A DNA stretch of 32,000 nt from Candidatus Saccharimonadota bacterium (GCF_012571795.1 NZ_CP046222.1:439618-471617); one strand, 5' to 3'. Counted from the stretch's first letter, positions 1 through 11,186 are shown. Notes: generated by a model from the sequence alone, not told the origin. A program made the numbers and translations.

Positions 1-1
1 A

Positions 2-697
2 GGTGATAAAAATATACCATATATGAATTTACCTAAAGAAGATAATCCTTTTTTAGGATGGCGTGCTATTAGAATTACTATGGATCGTAAAGATATTTTA
101 CATACACAATTAAGAGCTATACTTAGAGCTTCTATTTTTGGTAAATTATCTATTATGTTTCCTATGATTATTTCTTTAGAAGAAGTTTTATTATTAAAAT
201 CAGAATTAAATTTTTTAAAAAAACAATTATATAAAGAAAAAAAAGATTTTAATTCAAAAATATTAATAGGTATTATGATTGAAACACCAGCTTCTGCTAT
301 TATTTCAGAATCCTTAGCTAAAGAAATTGATTTTTTTAGTATAGGTACTAATGATTTAACACAATATACATTAGCGGTTGATCGTGGTAATGATTTAATT
401 TCACATTTATATAATCCTATGCATCCAGCAATATTTTATTTAATAAAAAAAGTTATTGATGCTTCTCATGCTGAAGGAAAATGGACAGGAATGTGTGGTG
501 AATTAGCAAGTGATGAAAAACTTATTCCAGTATTATTAGGGATGGGATTAAATGAATTAAGTATGAGTGCTATTTCTATACCAAAAGTTAAAAATATAAT
601 CCGTAATATTAACATGTCACAAGCTAAAGAATTAGCTAATAAAATTTTATCAGAATCCACTGCAAAAAAAATTAATCAATTATTAAATAATAATTAA
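2..697 (+). CDS. ptsI: PTS enzyme I (phosphoenolpyruvate-protein phosphotransferase), C-terminal part; 5' end lies outside the window
   Basis: The reading frame is open from the window edge (frame 2, no upstream stop). Translation matches the C-terminal PEP-utilising domain of E. coli PtsI: [31 protein letters not shown] and GMCGELA (active-site Cys region). It is followed directly by crr, as in the ptsHI-crr operon. Stop codon is TAA. Confidence 0.93.
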   Translation, partial: GDKNIPYMNLPKEDNPFLGWRAIRITMDRKDILHTQLRAILRASIFGKLSIMFPMIISLEEVLLLKSELNFLKKQLYKEKKDFNSKILIGIMIETPASAIISESLAKEIDFFSIGTNDLTQYTLAVDRGNDLISHLYNPMHPAIFYLIKKVIDASHAEGKWTGMCGELASDEKLIPVLLGMGLNELSMSAISIPKVKNIIRNINMSQAKELANKILSESTAKKINQLLNNN

Positions 698-726
698 TAT
701 TTATAAAATAAAAGGATAATTATAGA

Positions 727-1248
727 ATGTTATTTAACAAAATTTTTAAAAAAAATACAGAAATAAAAAAACATATTTGTACACAAATTTTTACACCTAT
801 TACAGGAACAATTATTGATCTTAAATATGTTCCAGATCCAGTTTTTGCTGATAAAATTGTTGGAGATGGCATAGCAATAAAACCTACTGGTAATATTATT
901 GTTGCACCAGTAGACGGGATTATTGGTAAAATTTTTGATACTAATCATGCTTTTTCTATTATTACAAAAAATAATATAGAATTATTTGTACATTTTGGCA
1001 TTGATACTATTAATTTACAAGGTAAAGGTTTTAAAAGAATTTTCAATTTTACTACAAATAATAATACAGTAATAAAAGGTGATAATATTATAGAAGTAGA
1101 TTTAGAATATTTAAAAAAACATGCTAAATCTATTTTAACACCTGTAATTATTTCTAATATTGAAGACATCAAACAAATAGTAAAAGTTAAAAAAAATAAA
1201 ACCAATGTAATAGCTGGCATGGATATAATATTACAAGCATACAAATAA
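727..1248 (+). CDS. crr: Glucose-specific PTS enzyme IIA component (EIIA-Glc)
   Basis: 173 aa, collinear with E. coli Crr (169 aa). Conserved blocks: DPVFADKIVGDGIAIKPTGN, VAPVDGIIGKIFDTNHAFSI and ELFVHFGIDT, with both active-site His residues retained. It lies 29 nt downstream of ptsI. Confidence 0.95.
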   Translation: MLFNKIFKKNTEIKKHICTQIFTPITGTIIDLKYVPDPVFADKIVGDGIAIKPTGNIIVAPVDGIIGKIFDTNHAFSIITKNNIELFVHFGIDTINLQGKGFKRIFNFTTNNNTVIKGDNIIEVDLEYLKKHAKSILTPVIISNIEDIKQIVKVKKNKTNVIAGMDIILQAYK

Positions 1249-1321
1249 ATATATTTTATTTTTTATAAAAAATAATATTTTAAAATTGCAAATAAAAATT
1301 TTATATATAAAATATAATAAA

Positions 1322-1792
1322 TTAATTAATAATTATACGACTATGTGTAATAGCAACAGCTAAAGCATCTGCAGCATCTTGATTAGGTATATCGGATAAA
1401 TGTAATATTATACGTACCATATTTTGTATATGTATTTTTTTTGCAATACCAATACCTCCTACTACTAATTTAATTTTAGTATTAGAATATTCAAAAATAG
1501 ATAAATTATGATTAATAGCAGAAATTATGACAGCACTGCTAGCATAACTTAATTTTAAAGCAGAATTTATATTTCTAGCAATAAAAACTTTTTCTATCGC
1601 ACAATCTGTAGGTTTAAATGTATTAATAATATCACTTATTTTAGAATAAATTATTTTTAATCGCATAGGGAAATCTTTAATTTTGGTTTCAATACATCCA
1701 CTATTAATGTAAATTAATTTATCTTTATTTTTTTTAATTAAACCATATCCTGTTATTCTTGAACCAGGATCAATACCTAGTATAATAGACAT
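1322..1792 (-). CDS. ruvC: Holliday junction resolvase RuvC
   Basis: 156 aa. IILGIDPGSRITGYG, AIEKVF and QDAADALAVAITH match E. coli RuvC, including the acidic catalytic residues. It lacks about 17 C-terminal residues relative to E. coli. It sits directly downstream of yebC (2-nt gap), as in E. coli. Confidence 0.93.
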   Translation of the reverse strand: MSIILGIDPGSRITGYGLIKKNKDKLIYINSGCIETKIKDFPMRLKIIYSKISDIINTFKPTDCAIEKVFIARNINSALKLSYASSAVIISAINHNLSIFEYSNTKIKLVVGGIGIAKKIHIQNMVRIILHLSDIPNQDAADALAVAITHSRIIIN

Positions 1793-1794
1793 AA

Positions 1795-2535
1795 TTATTG
1801 ATCTATAATAAAATCAGCATTATGATAGACTTTTTGTATATCATGATTAGATAGTAAATCTTTTATTAAAAATAATATTTGTTTTTTTACACATTGATTT
1901 ACTTGTTTTTTTATATATGGCACTATATTAAATATGATTTTTATAGGCTTTATATTAAATGTTTTAGATTGTAATAAAATATTTTTATATTTATTTTTTA
2001 AAAAAATCATTTCAATAGTATCATGATTAATTATAAAATCTTCAGGAACTAATTTTTCAGCAATATCCATAATTAGATCAATATTATGATTAATTTGATA
2101 TATAAAAGATACTAAATATTTAAATATATGATTTACTATGTTATAATTTTGTAGTGTACCACCATATTTATATAAAGTATGACGTATAAAACTTACAGTA
2201 CGATTACAATTATCAGTTAAACAATTAATCATAAATGTTATATTATTCATATACCCATAATATATAAGATTTTTCATATGTATATTTTGTGTTGTTTTAA
2301 TATTTTCTTTAAAATATTTTGATATAATTTTATTAATCATTATACGATTCATATTATATGATAATGCTTTACTTATAACTAATTTTAGTCGATTATTATA
2401 TTGTGGGTTTATATTATTATTTAATTTAATTGCTGTATGCAATTCTTTAATTATTTTAGAAAAAATTTTATCTTTTTTACGATCTTGTAAAGCTTTACGA
2501 TAACGTGTATTAACCCATTTACTATGTCCAGACAT
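1795..2535 (-). CDS. yebC: YebC/PmpR (TACO1) family DNA-binding/translation-associated protein
   Basis: 246 aa. The N-terminus MSGHSKWVNTRYRKALQDRKKDKIFSKIIKEL closely matches E. coli YebC ([32 protein letters not shown]). It holds the conserved position between aspS and ruvC. Confidence 0.9.
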   Translation of the reverse strand: MSGHSKWVNTRYRKALQDRKKDKIFSKIIKELHTAIKLNNNINPQYNNRLKLVISKALSYNMNRIMINKIISKYFKENIKTTQNIHMKNLIYYGYMNNITFMINCLTDNCNRTVSFIRHTLYKYGGTLQNYNIVNHIFKYLVSFIYQINHNIDLIMDIAEKLVPEDFIINHDTIEMIFLKNKYKNILLQSKTFNIKPIKIIFNIVPYIKKQVNQCVKKQILFLIKDLLSNHDIQKVYHNADFIIDQ

Positions 2536-2547
2536 AAAATAACATTC

Positions 2548-4281
2548 CTATTTTATATTGTTAATAATCCATCCTACATCATGTAAAATATTATTATTGA
2601 AACTATTAGGTGCATTAGTTAATAAACAAGAAGCAGATGTTGTTTTAGGAAAAGCAATTACATCTCTAATATTATTAGTATTTGTTAATAACATTACTAA
2701 TCTATCTAATCCTAATGCTATTCCTAAATGTGGTGGTGTTCCATATTGCAATGCTTCTAAAAAAAAACCAAAATTTTGTTGTTGCATTTTATCATTTAAT
2801 TTTAATAAATTAAAAATAATTTTTTGTATATTATAATCATGAATTCTTTTAGAACCACTACCAATTTCGTATCCATTTATTACAATATCATATGAATCAG
2901 ATATAATTTTTTCAGGTTTTAAGGTTAATACTTTCAGATCTTCTATTTTTGGTGATGTAAATGGATGGTGCATAGATGTTAAATTACCTAATTTATCTTT
3001 CTTAAATAATGGAAAATTTATAATCCATAATGGGCACCATATATCATGTTTAATGATATTGAAATCATGACCTAATTTTGTTCTTAACATACCCATAGAA
3101 TATATATGACCTAAATTTTTATTAGAACCAATAAAAATAATATCATTATTATTTAGATTAAATTTTTGAATAATATATTTTGCTTCTGTATTATCTAAAT
3201 TTATTAAAGAATTATTATATTCTATTATACTAATAAGATTTAAATGTTTCACTTTAAAAATATTTAAATCATAGGTTCCATATTTTTTCATATAAATATG
3301 ATATTTATAAAATGAATCTTTATATGATATTTTAAAATCTTTTTTATTTATAATAATAGCAGTTATTAAAGAATGTTTCCTATTATTTATATACTGTGTT
3401 ATATCAATTAATTTTAATGGATTTCGTAAATCAGGTTTATCACTACCATAATATTTCATTGCCTCATGAAATGTTAAAACATCAAATTTTTTTAATTGAA
3501 CATTTAATATTTTATTCCATACATAAGTTATCATTTCTTCAATAAAATTTCTAAATATATTAGAATGTACAAATGAAATTTCTATATCAATTTGTGTAAA
3601 TTCTGGTTGACGATCTGAACGTAAATCTTCATCACGAAAACATTTAGCAAATTGATAATAACGATCTACTCCTGCAATCATTAATAATTGTTTAAAAATT
3701 TGTGGAGATTGCGGTAAAGCATAAAAACTATTTTTATGGATTCTACTAGGCACTAAATAATCTCTAGAACCTTCAGGAGTAATATGTGTTAAAATTGGAG
3801 TTTCAATATTTAAAAAATGATGTTTTTCTAAAAATAATCTAATTATATTACTAATATAAGATCTATATTTAATAATATTAATCATTTTATTTTGTCTTAA
3901 ATCTAAATATCGATATTTTAATCTATTTTCTTCTATATTAATATTATTATTATCTATAGGTAATTTTTTTGATTTATTAATTATTAATATTTTAAAAACA
4001 ATTATTTCAACTTTACCAGTATAAATATTAATATTTGGTTTTTTTCTTGGAACTATTTTCCCAGTAATTTTTACACAAAAATTATTACGTAATGTTTTTG
4101 CAATATTATATACATCACTATTTTTAGAAGTAAATACTGATTGTATAATACCTTCTCTATCTCTTATATTAGCAAAAATTAACTTTCCTAAATCTTTATA
4201 ATTTTCAATCCATCCATAAATAGTAATAATTTTATTAATAAATTGTTCATTAATTTTCCCACAATAAATTCTAAATTGCAT
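2548..4281 (-). CDS. aspS: Aspartate--tRNA ligase
   Basis: 577 aa versus about 590 in E. coli. Class II motifs are present: [37 protein letters not shown] and GLDRLVMLL. It is the only gene in the window ending in TAG. Confidence 0.95.
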   Translation of the reverse strand: MQFRIYCGKINEQFINKIITIYGWIENYKDLGKLIFANIRDREGIIQSVFTSKNSDVYNIAKTLRNNFCVKITGKIVPRKKPNINIYTGKVEIIVFKILIINKSKKLPIDNNNINIEENRLKYRYLDLRQNKMINIIKYRSYISNIIRLFLEKHHFLNIETPILTHITPEGSRDYLVPSRIHKNSFYALPQSPQIFKQLLMIAGVDRYYQFAKCFRDEDLRSDRQPEFTQIDIEISFVHSNIFRNFIEEMITYVWNKILNVQLKKFDVLTFHEAMKYYGSDKPDLRNPLKLIDITQYINNRKHSLITAIIINKKDFKISYKDSFYKYHIYMKKYGTYDLNIFKVKHLNLISIIEYNNSLINLDNTEAKYIIQKFNLNNNDIIFIGSNKNLGHIYSMGMLRTKLGHDFNIIKHDIWCPLWIINFPLFKKDKLGNLTSMHHPFTSPKIEDLKVLTLKPEKIISDSYDIVINGYEIGSGSKRIHDYNIQKIIFNLLKLNDKMQQQNFGFFLEALQYGTPPHLGIALGLDRLVMLLTNTNNIRDVIAFPKTTSASCLLTNAPNSFNNNILHDVGWIINNIK

Positions 4282-4580
4282 AACATATTTTCCTTATTAA
4301 TGTATAAAATATTTAATAAGTAATTTATAAAAATCATATTTTTTATATTAAATAAATATTATATATATTTATTAACAAATATTTTTTTTAAAAATTATTA
4401 TGTAATTCGTTTATTAAAACATATAAAATTATTTTAATAATTATAAAATATAATCTTTAAATTTAATTAAATAAGTTTGTTTTTATATTGTAAAATTATT
4501 AAAAAATAAAACATTAACATGTAATTATTTAATAATATAGTATTATTAATTATTACATAATATTTATATTAGGTAAAATT

Positions 4581-6311
4581 ATGAATATCAAAAAAATACT
4601 GTCTAAATATATATATAATGCTATGATACAAGCTAGTATACCGGATAGTTATAATGTTGTTTTACGTAAATGTAAACAAGTAACATTTGGACATTATCAA
4701 GTAAATGGTATTATTACTGCTGCTAATAAATTAAAATTAAATCCAAAACATTTAGCTATAAAAGTTATTAAAAATATAAATAATATTGATATTATTAAAA
4801 AAATGGAAGTTTCCCAATTTGGGCATATTAATATTTTTATTAATGAAATATGGTTATCAAAACAAATGAATATGATTTTAATATCTTCAACATTAGGATT
4901 TAATAAAAAAATTAAAATAAAAAATATAGTAGTAGATTATTCTGGTCCTAATATAGCAAAAGAAATGCATGTGGGTCATTTAAGATCAACAGTTTTAGGA
5001 GATGCTATAGTACGTATTTTAACATTTGTAGGACATAATGTTATTCCAGTAAATCATATTGGAGATTGGGGTACACAATTTGGCATGCTTATAGCTTTTT
5101 TAACAATATATAAACAAAATATTAATAAGGAATTAAGTATATCAAATTTAGATATATTATATCAACAAGCACAAAAAAAATATATTAATGATATTAATTT
5201 TGCTAAAAAATCTAGAAATTATGTAGTAAAATTACAAAATCAAGATCCATTTTGTTTAAAAATATGGAAAAAACTTATAAATATTACTATGGAAAATAAT
5301 TATCAATTATATAATACATTAAATATTTTATTAAATTCTGCACATACTATGGGTGAAAGTACATATAATAATATGTTACCAGATATTATTAATGATTTAC
5401 AAAAAAAAGGATTAGCTATTATTAGTAATGGTGCAGTTATTATACCAATTAAATATAATGATCTTATTTCTGATAATATTATTATAATTAAAAAAAGTGA
5501 TGGAGCATATTTATATGCTACTACAGATATAGCTTGTATAAAATATAGAGCAGAATATTTACATGCAGATCGTATTATCTATTATATAGATGCAAGACAA
5601 AGTCAATATTTGAAAAATATATTTTATATTGTAAAAAAAGCTAAATATGTAAAAAAAAATGTTCAGTTAGAACATCATGTATTTGGAATGATATTGAATA
5701 AAAATTCTAAACCATATAAAACAAGGGAAGGACATAATATTAAATTACAATATTTAATTAATGAAGCTATTTCTAGATCTAAAACAATTATTTTAAACAA
5801 ACAACCTAATATTAAACAACATAAATTAAATAATTTAGCACAAATTATAGGTGTAGGAGCAATAAAATATAATGATTTATCAAAAAATAGAATGTCTAAT
5901 TATATTTTTAACTGGAATGAAATATTAAATTTTGAAGGTAATACATCTTTATATATACAATATGCATATGTACGTGCTATTTCTATATTAAATAAATCTA
6001 ATATGAGTATTAAAAATATAAAAGATTATACAATTATATTTACAAATCAGAATGAAATTAATTTAGCTATATTGTTTTTAGAATTTGAAGAAATTATATT
6101 ACAGGTTATTGAAAAAGGCTTACCACATATTTTATGTAATTGGTTATATAAAATTGCAGTATTATTTTCTACTTTTTATGAAAATTGTAATATTTTAAAT
6201 AATACTAATAATAATACTAAAATTAGTAGATTAAAAATAATATTTATAACATCACAATTTTTAAAAAAAGGTTTAAATATGTTAGGCATTCAAACTATTC
6301 AAAATATGTAA
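4581..6311 (+). CDS. argS: Arginine--tRNA ligase
   Basis: 576 aa (E. coli 577). The class I HIGH-type motif is in PNIAKEMHVGHLRSTVLGD, and the C-terminal anticodon-binding DALR region ends in M as in ArgS. A weak Shine-Dalgarno (AGGT) lies upstream. Confidence 0.94.
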   Translation: MNIKKILSKYIYNAMIQASIPDSYNVVLRKCKQVTFGHYQVNGIITAANKLKLNPKHLAIKVIKNINNIDIIKKMEVSQFGHINIFINEIWLSKQMNMILISSTLGFNKKIKIKNIVVDYSGPNIAKEMHVGHLRSTVLGDAIVRILTFVGHNVIPVNHIGDWGTQFGMLIAFLTIYKQNINKELSISNLDILYQQAQKKYINDINFAKKSRNYVVKLQNQDPFCLKIWKKLINITMENNYQLYNTLNILLNSAHTMGESTYNNMLPDIINDLQKKGLAIISNGAVIIPIKYNDLISDNIIIIKKSDGAYLYATTDIACIKYRAEYLHADRIIYYIDARQSQYLKNIFYIVKKAKYVKKNVQLEHHVFGMILNKNSKPYKTREGHNIKLQYLINEAISRSKTIILNKQPNIKQHKLNNLAQIIGVGAIKYNDLSKNRMSNYIFNWNEILNFEGNTSLYIQYAYVRAISILNKSNMSIKNIKDYTIIFTNQNEINLAILFLEFEEIILQVIEKGLPHILCNWLYKIAVLFSTFYENCNILNNTNNNTKISRLKIIFITSQFLKKGLNMLGIQTIQNM

Positions 6312-6328
6312 AATACACAATAATATTT

Positions 6329-7453
6329 ATGATTAAAAAAAAAGTCATTATTGCTATGTCTGGTGGTGTGGATTCTTCTGTTGCTGCTTGGTTATTAATT
6401 AAACAAAATTATCAAGTAGAAGGATTATTTATGAAAAACTGGGAAGAAGATAATACCAATAATTATTGTCATGCTAAACAAGATTTACATGATGCTATGA
6501 GTATATGTCGTCAATTATCTATTCCATTGCATAAAATTAATTTTTCATTTGAATATTGGGAATATGTTTTTAAACATTTTCTTCATGAATATAAACTAGG
6601 ACGAACACCTAATCCTGATATCTTATGTAATAAAATTATTAAATTTAAATATTTTATGAATTTTGCATTTAATTATTTGAAAGCAGATTTTATTAGTACT
6701 GGGCATTATGCACGTTGTAAAAAAATAAAAAATCAATTTTATTTATTAACTAGTATAGATAAAAATAAAGATCAAAGTTATTTTTTATATACATTAAAAT
6801 CACAACAATTAAAAAATATTATATTTCCTATTGGTGGATTAAATAAATATGAAGTTAGAAATATAGCAAGAAAATTGAATTTTACTAATGCAAAAAAAAA
6901 AGATTCTACAGGTATTTGTTTTATTGGAGAAAGAAAATTTGTTACTTTTTTAAATAAATATCTTAAATCTAATATAGGTAATATAACTGATATATATGGT
7001 AATATTTTAGGACAACATAAAGGTCTGATACATTATACTATAGGACAAAGAAAAAATATAGGTATAGGAGGATTAAAAAATTATTGTGGCGGTGCTTGGT
7101 ATGTTTATAAAAAAGATTTATTAAATAATACTTTAATAGTAGTACAAGAAAAAAATAATTTATATTTATTTTCTATAGGATTAATAGCAAAAGATATAAA
7201 TTGGATTAATAAAATATTAGATATTTCTCAAAAACTAACTATAAAAACAAGATATAGACAAAAAAAAATATCTTGTTATATTATTTCTTTTATAAAAACA
7301 AAAAAAATTAAAGTTTATTTTAAAAAACCTATATCTAGTATTACACCAGGACAATCAGTAGTATTTTATTTACGTCACGTATGCTTAGGTGGAGGAATTA
7401 TCGAAAAATCTATTCCACTAATTAATTTTTCTAATAATAGAATTGATTATTAA
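6329..7453 (+). CDS. mnmA: tRNA-specific 2-thiouridylase MnmA
   Basis: 374 aa. The PP-loop AMSGGVDSSV, RTPNPDILCNK, NKDQSYFLY, KKDSTGICFIGER and TPGQSVVFY are collinear with E. coli MnmA. Confidence 0.95.
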   Translation: MIKKKVIIAMSGGVDSSVAAWLLIKQNYQVEGLFMKNWEEDNTNNYCHAKQDLHDAMSICRQLSIPLHKINFSFEYWEYVFKHFLHEYKLGRTPNPDILCNKIIKFKYFMNFAFNYLKADFISTGHYARCKKIKNQFYLLTSIDKNKDQSYFLYTLKSQQLKNIIFPIGGLNKYEVRNIARKLNFTNAKKKDSTGICFIGERKFVTFLNKYLKSNIGNITDIYGNILGQHKGLIHYTIGQRKNIGIGGLKNYCGGAWYVYKKDLLNNTLIVVQEKNNLYLFSIGLIAKDINWINKILDISQKLTIKTRYRQKKISCYIISFIKTKKIKVYFKKPISSITPGQSVVFYLRHVCLGGGIIEKSIPLINFSNNRIDY

Positions 7454-7593
7454 TGTTTTTATTATATTTAGATATAAAGCAATTTTTTGTAAAAAATACA
7501 TTTTTATATATAAACATATGAAGTTAATTATTATTAATTTATATAATTCATGATATAAATATATTTATTAAATATGTTTATGAAAATTTAATT

Positions 7594-8715
7594 ATGTTAA
7601 AAAATAATATAAAAAAACCAATAGTTAGTTTAAATAATATTAGTAAAAAATATTTTAATAAAATAATTTTGTCTAATTTTAATTTAACAATAAATCATGG
7701 AGAATTTATTACTATATTAGGTCCTTCTGGATGTGGTAAGACTACTATTTTAAGATTAATTGCTGGATTAGAAAAAGTTGATCAAGGTTCTATTATTTTA
7801 GATAATATAGATATTACTTATACACCGGCTGAAAATAGACAAATTAATACTGTATTTCAAAGTTATGCATTATTTCCACATATGTCTGTGTTTGATAATG
7901 TATCTTTTGGTTTAAAAATGCAAAAAAAAAAAAAGAAAGAAATTTATAAAAGAGTTAATAAAATTTTACATATGGTACAATTACAACAATTTATGTATAG
8001 TAAACCGCATGAATTATCTGGTGGTCAACAACAAAGAGTAGCTATTGCAAGAGCAGTTGTCAACAAACCTAGAATATTATTATTAGATGAATCACTATCA
8101 GCTCTAGATTATATATTACGTAAAAAAATGCAAAATGAATTAAAAGCTTTACAAAGAACATTAGGTATTACTTTTGTTTTTGTTACACATAATCAAGAAG
8201 AAGCATTAACTATATCAGATCGTATTGTTTTGTTACGTAATGGAAAAATAGAACAAGATGGTACACCTAGAGAAATTTATGAAGAACCTATTAATCTATT
8301 TGTTGCAAAATTTATAGGTAATATTAACATATTTGATGCTATTATTATAAAAATAATAGATAATCAACAAGTACAAGCAAATTTAGAAGGATATATATGT
8401 AATATAAAAGTTTTATTTCCAGTATCTCCGGGAGATAAAATACATGTCTTATTACGTCCAGAAGATTTACGTATTAAAGAAATTAATCAATATGATGATT
8501 ATATCAATAAAGGATTAATAGGATATGTAAAAGAAAAAAGTTATAAAGGTATGACACTAGAATCTACTCTAAGATTACAAAATGGTAAAATTATTACTGT
8601 AAATGAATTTTTTAATGAAGATGATCCTTATTTTGATCATTCATTAAATCAAAAAATGCTAATTAATTGGGTAGAAACATGGGAAGTAACATTGCCTTAT
8701 GAAGAAAATAATTAA
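7594..8715 (+). CDS. potA: Spermidine/putrescine ABC transporter, ATP-binding subunit
   Basis: 373 aa, very close to E. coli PotA. Walker A is GPSGCGKTT, the signature is [14 protein letters not shown] and Walker B is [12 protein letters not shown]. The C-terminal regulatory domain is present ([18 protein letters not shown]-like, NWVETWEV). It overlaps potB by 17 nt. Confidence 0.96.
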   Translation: MLKNNIKKPIVSLNNISKKYFNKIILSNFNLTINHGEFITILGPSGCGKTTILRLIAGLEKVDQGSIILDNIDITYTPAENRQINTVFQSYALFPHMSVFDNVSFGLKMQKKKKKEIYKRVNKILHMVQLQQFMYSKPHELSGGQQQRVAIARAVVNKPRILLLDESLSALDYILRKKMQNELKALQRTLGITFVFVTHNQEEALTISDRIVLLRNGKIEQDGTPREIYEEPINLFVAKFIGNINIFDAIIIKIIDNQQVQANLEGYICNIKVLFPVSPGDKIHVLLRPEDLRIKEINQYDDYINKGLIGYVKEKSYKGMTLESTLRLQNGKIITVNEFFNEDDPYFDHSLNQKMLINWVETWEVTLPYEENN

Positions 8716-9574
8716 ATACATTAAAAATACAATAATATTTATAATTATTAATTGGTTAATATTATTTATATTATTACCAAATGTAATAATCATTATAGTA
8801 AGTTTTTTAAAAAAAAATAATGTTCATTTAATACAAATACATTTTAATTTTACAAATTATCTAAGATTATTAAATATTATATATATTAAGATTTTTTTAC
8901 ATTCTTTATATATATCATTAATTACTACTATTTTATGTTTAATTATTGGTTATATGTTTTCTTGGTTTTTAATACAAATGACATATAAAAAACAATCTAT
9001 TATGTTAATGTTTTTATTTTTACCATTTTGGATTAATTCTATAATTAGAATATATTCATTAAAAATTTTTCTTAGTATTAATGGATGGTTTAATAAATTT
9101 TTAATATATTTACATATTATTAAGCAACCTATACATATTATATATACTCCTTTAGCTGTTATTTTAGGTTTAATATATATCTTATTACCTTTTATGATTA
9201 TACCTATATATAATAGTTTAAATAAATTAGATAAATATTGTATAGAAGCAGCAAAAGATTTAGGAGCACCATTTTGGAAAACTTTTGTTTATATAATTAT
9301 TCCTTTAACTAGTCCTGGTATTATTTCTGGATGTTTACTAGTATTTTTACCATCAATAGGTATGTTTTCAATTAATGATTTAATGGGCGGGACACAAAAT
9401 TTATTAATAGGTAATATTATTAAAAACCAATTCCTTAATATTAGAGATTGGCCATTTGGTTCTGCACTAAGTAGTATAATAATTTTTATAACAGGAGTTT
9501 TACTAATATTATATTGGAAAATTATATATTTTTTAAATGGTAAAAATTATAAGGATTTTACAAATAATGTGTAA
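8699..9574 (+). CDS. potB: Spermidine/putrescine ABC transporter permease
   Basis: 291 aa. It is collinear with E. coli PotB from the N-terminus ([10 protein letters not shown]) through the EAA loop ([14 protein letters not shown]) to [17 protein letters not shown]. Confidence 0.94.
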   Translation: MKKIIKYIKNTIIFIIINWLILFILLPNVIIIIVSFLKKNNVHLIQIHFNFTNYLRLLNIIYIKIFLHSLYISLITTILCLIIGYMFSWFLIQMTYKKQSIMLMFLFLPFWINSIIRIYSLKIFLSINGWFNKFLIYLHIIKQPIHIIYTPLAVILGLIYILLPFMIIPIYNSLNKLDKYCIEAAKDLGAPFWKTFVYIIIPLTSPGIISGCLLVFLPSIGMFSINDLMGGTQNLLIGNIIKNQFLNIRDWPFGSALSSIIIFITGVLLILYWKIIYFLNGKNYKDFTNNV

Positions 9575-10352
9575 AAATTTTTTTAAAAATATATTATTAT
9601 ATATAATTTATAGTTGGTTATATATACCAATTATTTTATTAATAATTAATTCTTTTAATTCATCTATTTTTGGTGTAGAATGGCACGGATTTAGTTTGAA
9701 ATGGTATACATTATTATTAAATAATTCACTGTTATTACAATCAACATATCATTCAATTATTATTGGTATATTATCTGCAACAATTACTACATGTATAGGA
9801 TTACTAACTGCATTATTTTTATATCATTTACATAATTATATAAAATATTTTATTAGTACATTATTATTTATAGTTATAATGTCTCCAGATATTGTTATGG
9901 CAATTTCTTTATTATTATTATTTATGTTATTACATTTTCCTTTGGGTTTTTTTTCTTTATTATGTGCACATATCACTTTTTGTTTGCCTTATGTTGTTAT
10001 AATAATGTATTCAAGATTAAATAATTTTGATAAACTTATGTTAGAAGCAGCAAAAGATTTAGGAGCTAATGATATTATTATTTTTAATAAAATAATACTA
10101 CCACTCATTTTACCTGCTATTATTTCTAGTTGGCTATTAAGTTTTGCTTTATCAATTGATGATATTACAATATCATCATTTGTTAGTAGTCCTAGTTATG
10201 AAACGTTACCATTAAGAATTTATTCAATGGCAAAAATCGGTGCCACACCAGAAATAAATGCATTGGCAACTATATTAATAACTATATCAATAATATTAGT
10301 TTTTTTAAGTAAAAAATTTTTAGATAAATATTCTAAAGATATTGTGTTATAA
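9567..10352 (+). CDS. potC: Spermidine/putrescine ABC transporter permease
   Basis: The ORF is open from 9537. Starting at the ATG at 9567 (MCKNFFKN...) aligns residue for residue with the E. coli PotC N-terminus (conserved YLYIPIILL at the same offset) and gives an ATGTGTAA 8-nt overlap with the potB stop. MSPDIVMAISLLLLFMLL and EAAKDLGAN are conserved. Confidence 0.93.
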   Translation: MCKNFFKNILLYIIYSWLYIPIILLIINSFNSSIFGVEWHGFSLKWYTLLLNNSLLLQSTYHSIIIGILSATITTCIGLLTALFLYHLHNYIKYFISTLLFIVIMSPDIVMAISLLLLFMLLHFPLGFFSLLCAHITFCLPYVVIIMYSRLNNFDKLMLEAAKDLGANDIIIFNKIILPLILPAIISSWLLSFALSIDDITISSFVSSPSYETLPLRIYSMAKIGATPEINALATILITISIILVFLSKKFLDKYSKDIVL

Positions 10353-10373
10353 TTTTTTTACAATAAATAAAAT

Positions 10374-11186
10374 TTATTTTTGACAATTAGGACAATAAAA
10401 ACTACTTCTATTTCTTTGATATATTTTTATAATCATTGTATTACATATATAACATGGTTGATTAGCTTTATTATAAACATGTAAGTATTGTGTAAAATTA
10501 CCCAAAATATTATTTGGTTGTTTGTAATTATTAATAGTTGTACCACCGTATATAATAGATTGTGTTAAAATATATTTTATATTTTTTACTAAGTTTGTTA
10601 TTTCTATAAAAGATAAATCCTTTGCAACTCTAAAAGGTAAAATTTTAGATAAAAATAAAGACTCATTAGCATATATATTACCTACTCCTGTAATAATATT
10701 ATTTTCCATGAGTAATACTTTTATTGGTATTTTTTTTGTTTGAATAATATTATACATATATAAATTATTAAATTCTACATGTAAAGGTTCTAAACCTAAT
10801 TTACTTAAAAAAATATTTGTTTTATATTGTAATGATTCCCATAACCAAAAACCAAATTTTCTAGGATCATTATAACGTAATACAAATTTATTATTAATTA
10901 TTAAATCAATATAATCATGTTTAGTAGGCAGTATATTTTTTTTAATAATAGTTAAACTGCCTGACATACCTAAATGTATAATAATAGCATTATTTAATAA
11001 TATTAAAATAAGATATCTACCTCTACGTTTTACATTAATAATTTTTTGATTATATAATGTAAATATTTCAGAAGGAATATTATATCTTAATTTATTTGTT
11101 CTAATAATAGCATAATTAATTATATTATTTTTGATTTTGTTTTTAATAATAGTTTTAATAACTTCCACTTCAGGTAATTCAGGCAT
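10374..11186 (-). CDS. mutM: Formamidopyrimidine-DNA glycosylase (Fpg/MutM)
   Basis: 270 aa. It has the catalytic N-terminus MPELPEVE, an H2TH region and the C-terminal zinc finger CxxC...CxxC (CYIC...CPNCQK). Confidence 0.94.
   Translation of the reverse strand: MPELPEVEVIKTIIKNKIKNNIINYAIIRTNKLRYNIPSEIFTLYNQKIINVKRRGRYLILILLNNAIIIHLGMSGSLTIIKKNILPTKHDYIDLIINNKFVLRYNDPRKFGFWLWESLQYKTNIFLSKLGLEPLHVEFNNLYMYNIIQTKKIPIKVLLMENNIITGVGNIYANESLFLSKILPFRVAKDLSFIEITNLVKNIKYILTQSIIYGGTTINNYKQPNNILGNFTQYLHVYNKANQPCYICNTMIIKIYQRNRSSFYCPNCQK

Noticed and set aside
466-1244. Antisense ORFs inside ptsI and crr (466-660, 730-948 and 945-1244, all minus strand)
   Set aside because: They lie entirely within, and antisense to, strongly homology-supported genes. 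Their translations are low-complexity and Cys/Phe/Ile-rich with no recognisable family. They are typical shadow ORFs.
1256-1275. Perfect 20-nt A/T palindrome TTATTTTTTATAAAAAATAA between convergent crr and ruvC
   Set aside because: It is A/T only. A rough estimate gives about one such palindrome per window by chance at this composition. The hairpin would be very unstable, so I do not call it a terminator.
2558-2836. Other shadow or alternative-frame ORFs: 2558-2836(+), 11766-12020(+), 15722-16096(-), 19952-20167(-), 25322-25564(+), 26476-26697(-), 29558-29917(-) and 30967-31173(+)
   Set aside because: Each is nested in a well-supported housekeeping CDS (aspS, mnmE, dnaN, eno, trxB, serS, murA, obgE). 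None has a plausible RBS or any homology. The obgE-internal one simply reads the Gly-rich GGNGGNGG region in another frame.
4399-4558. Repeated ATGTAATT motifs and an imperfect inverted repeat in the 299-nt aspS/argS divergent spacer
   Set aside because: Several repeated 8-mers are expected by chance in 300 nt at this base composition. The inverted repeat has multiple mismatches.
9537-9566. Upstream ATG for potC at 9537
   Set aside because: The start at 9567 reproduces the E. coli PotC N-terminal spacing exactly and overlaps the potB stop in the usual coupled arrangement. The additional 10 codons lie inside potB.
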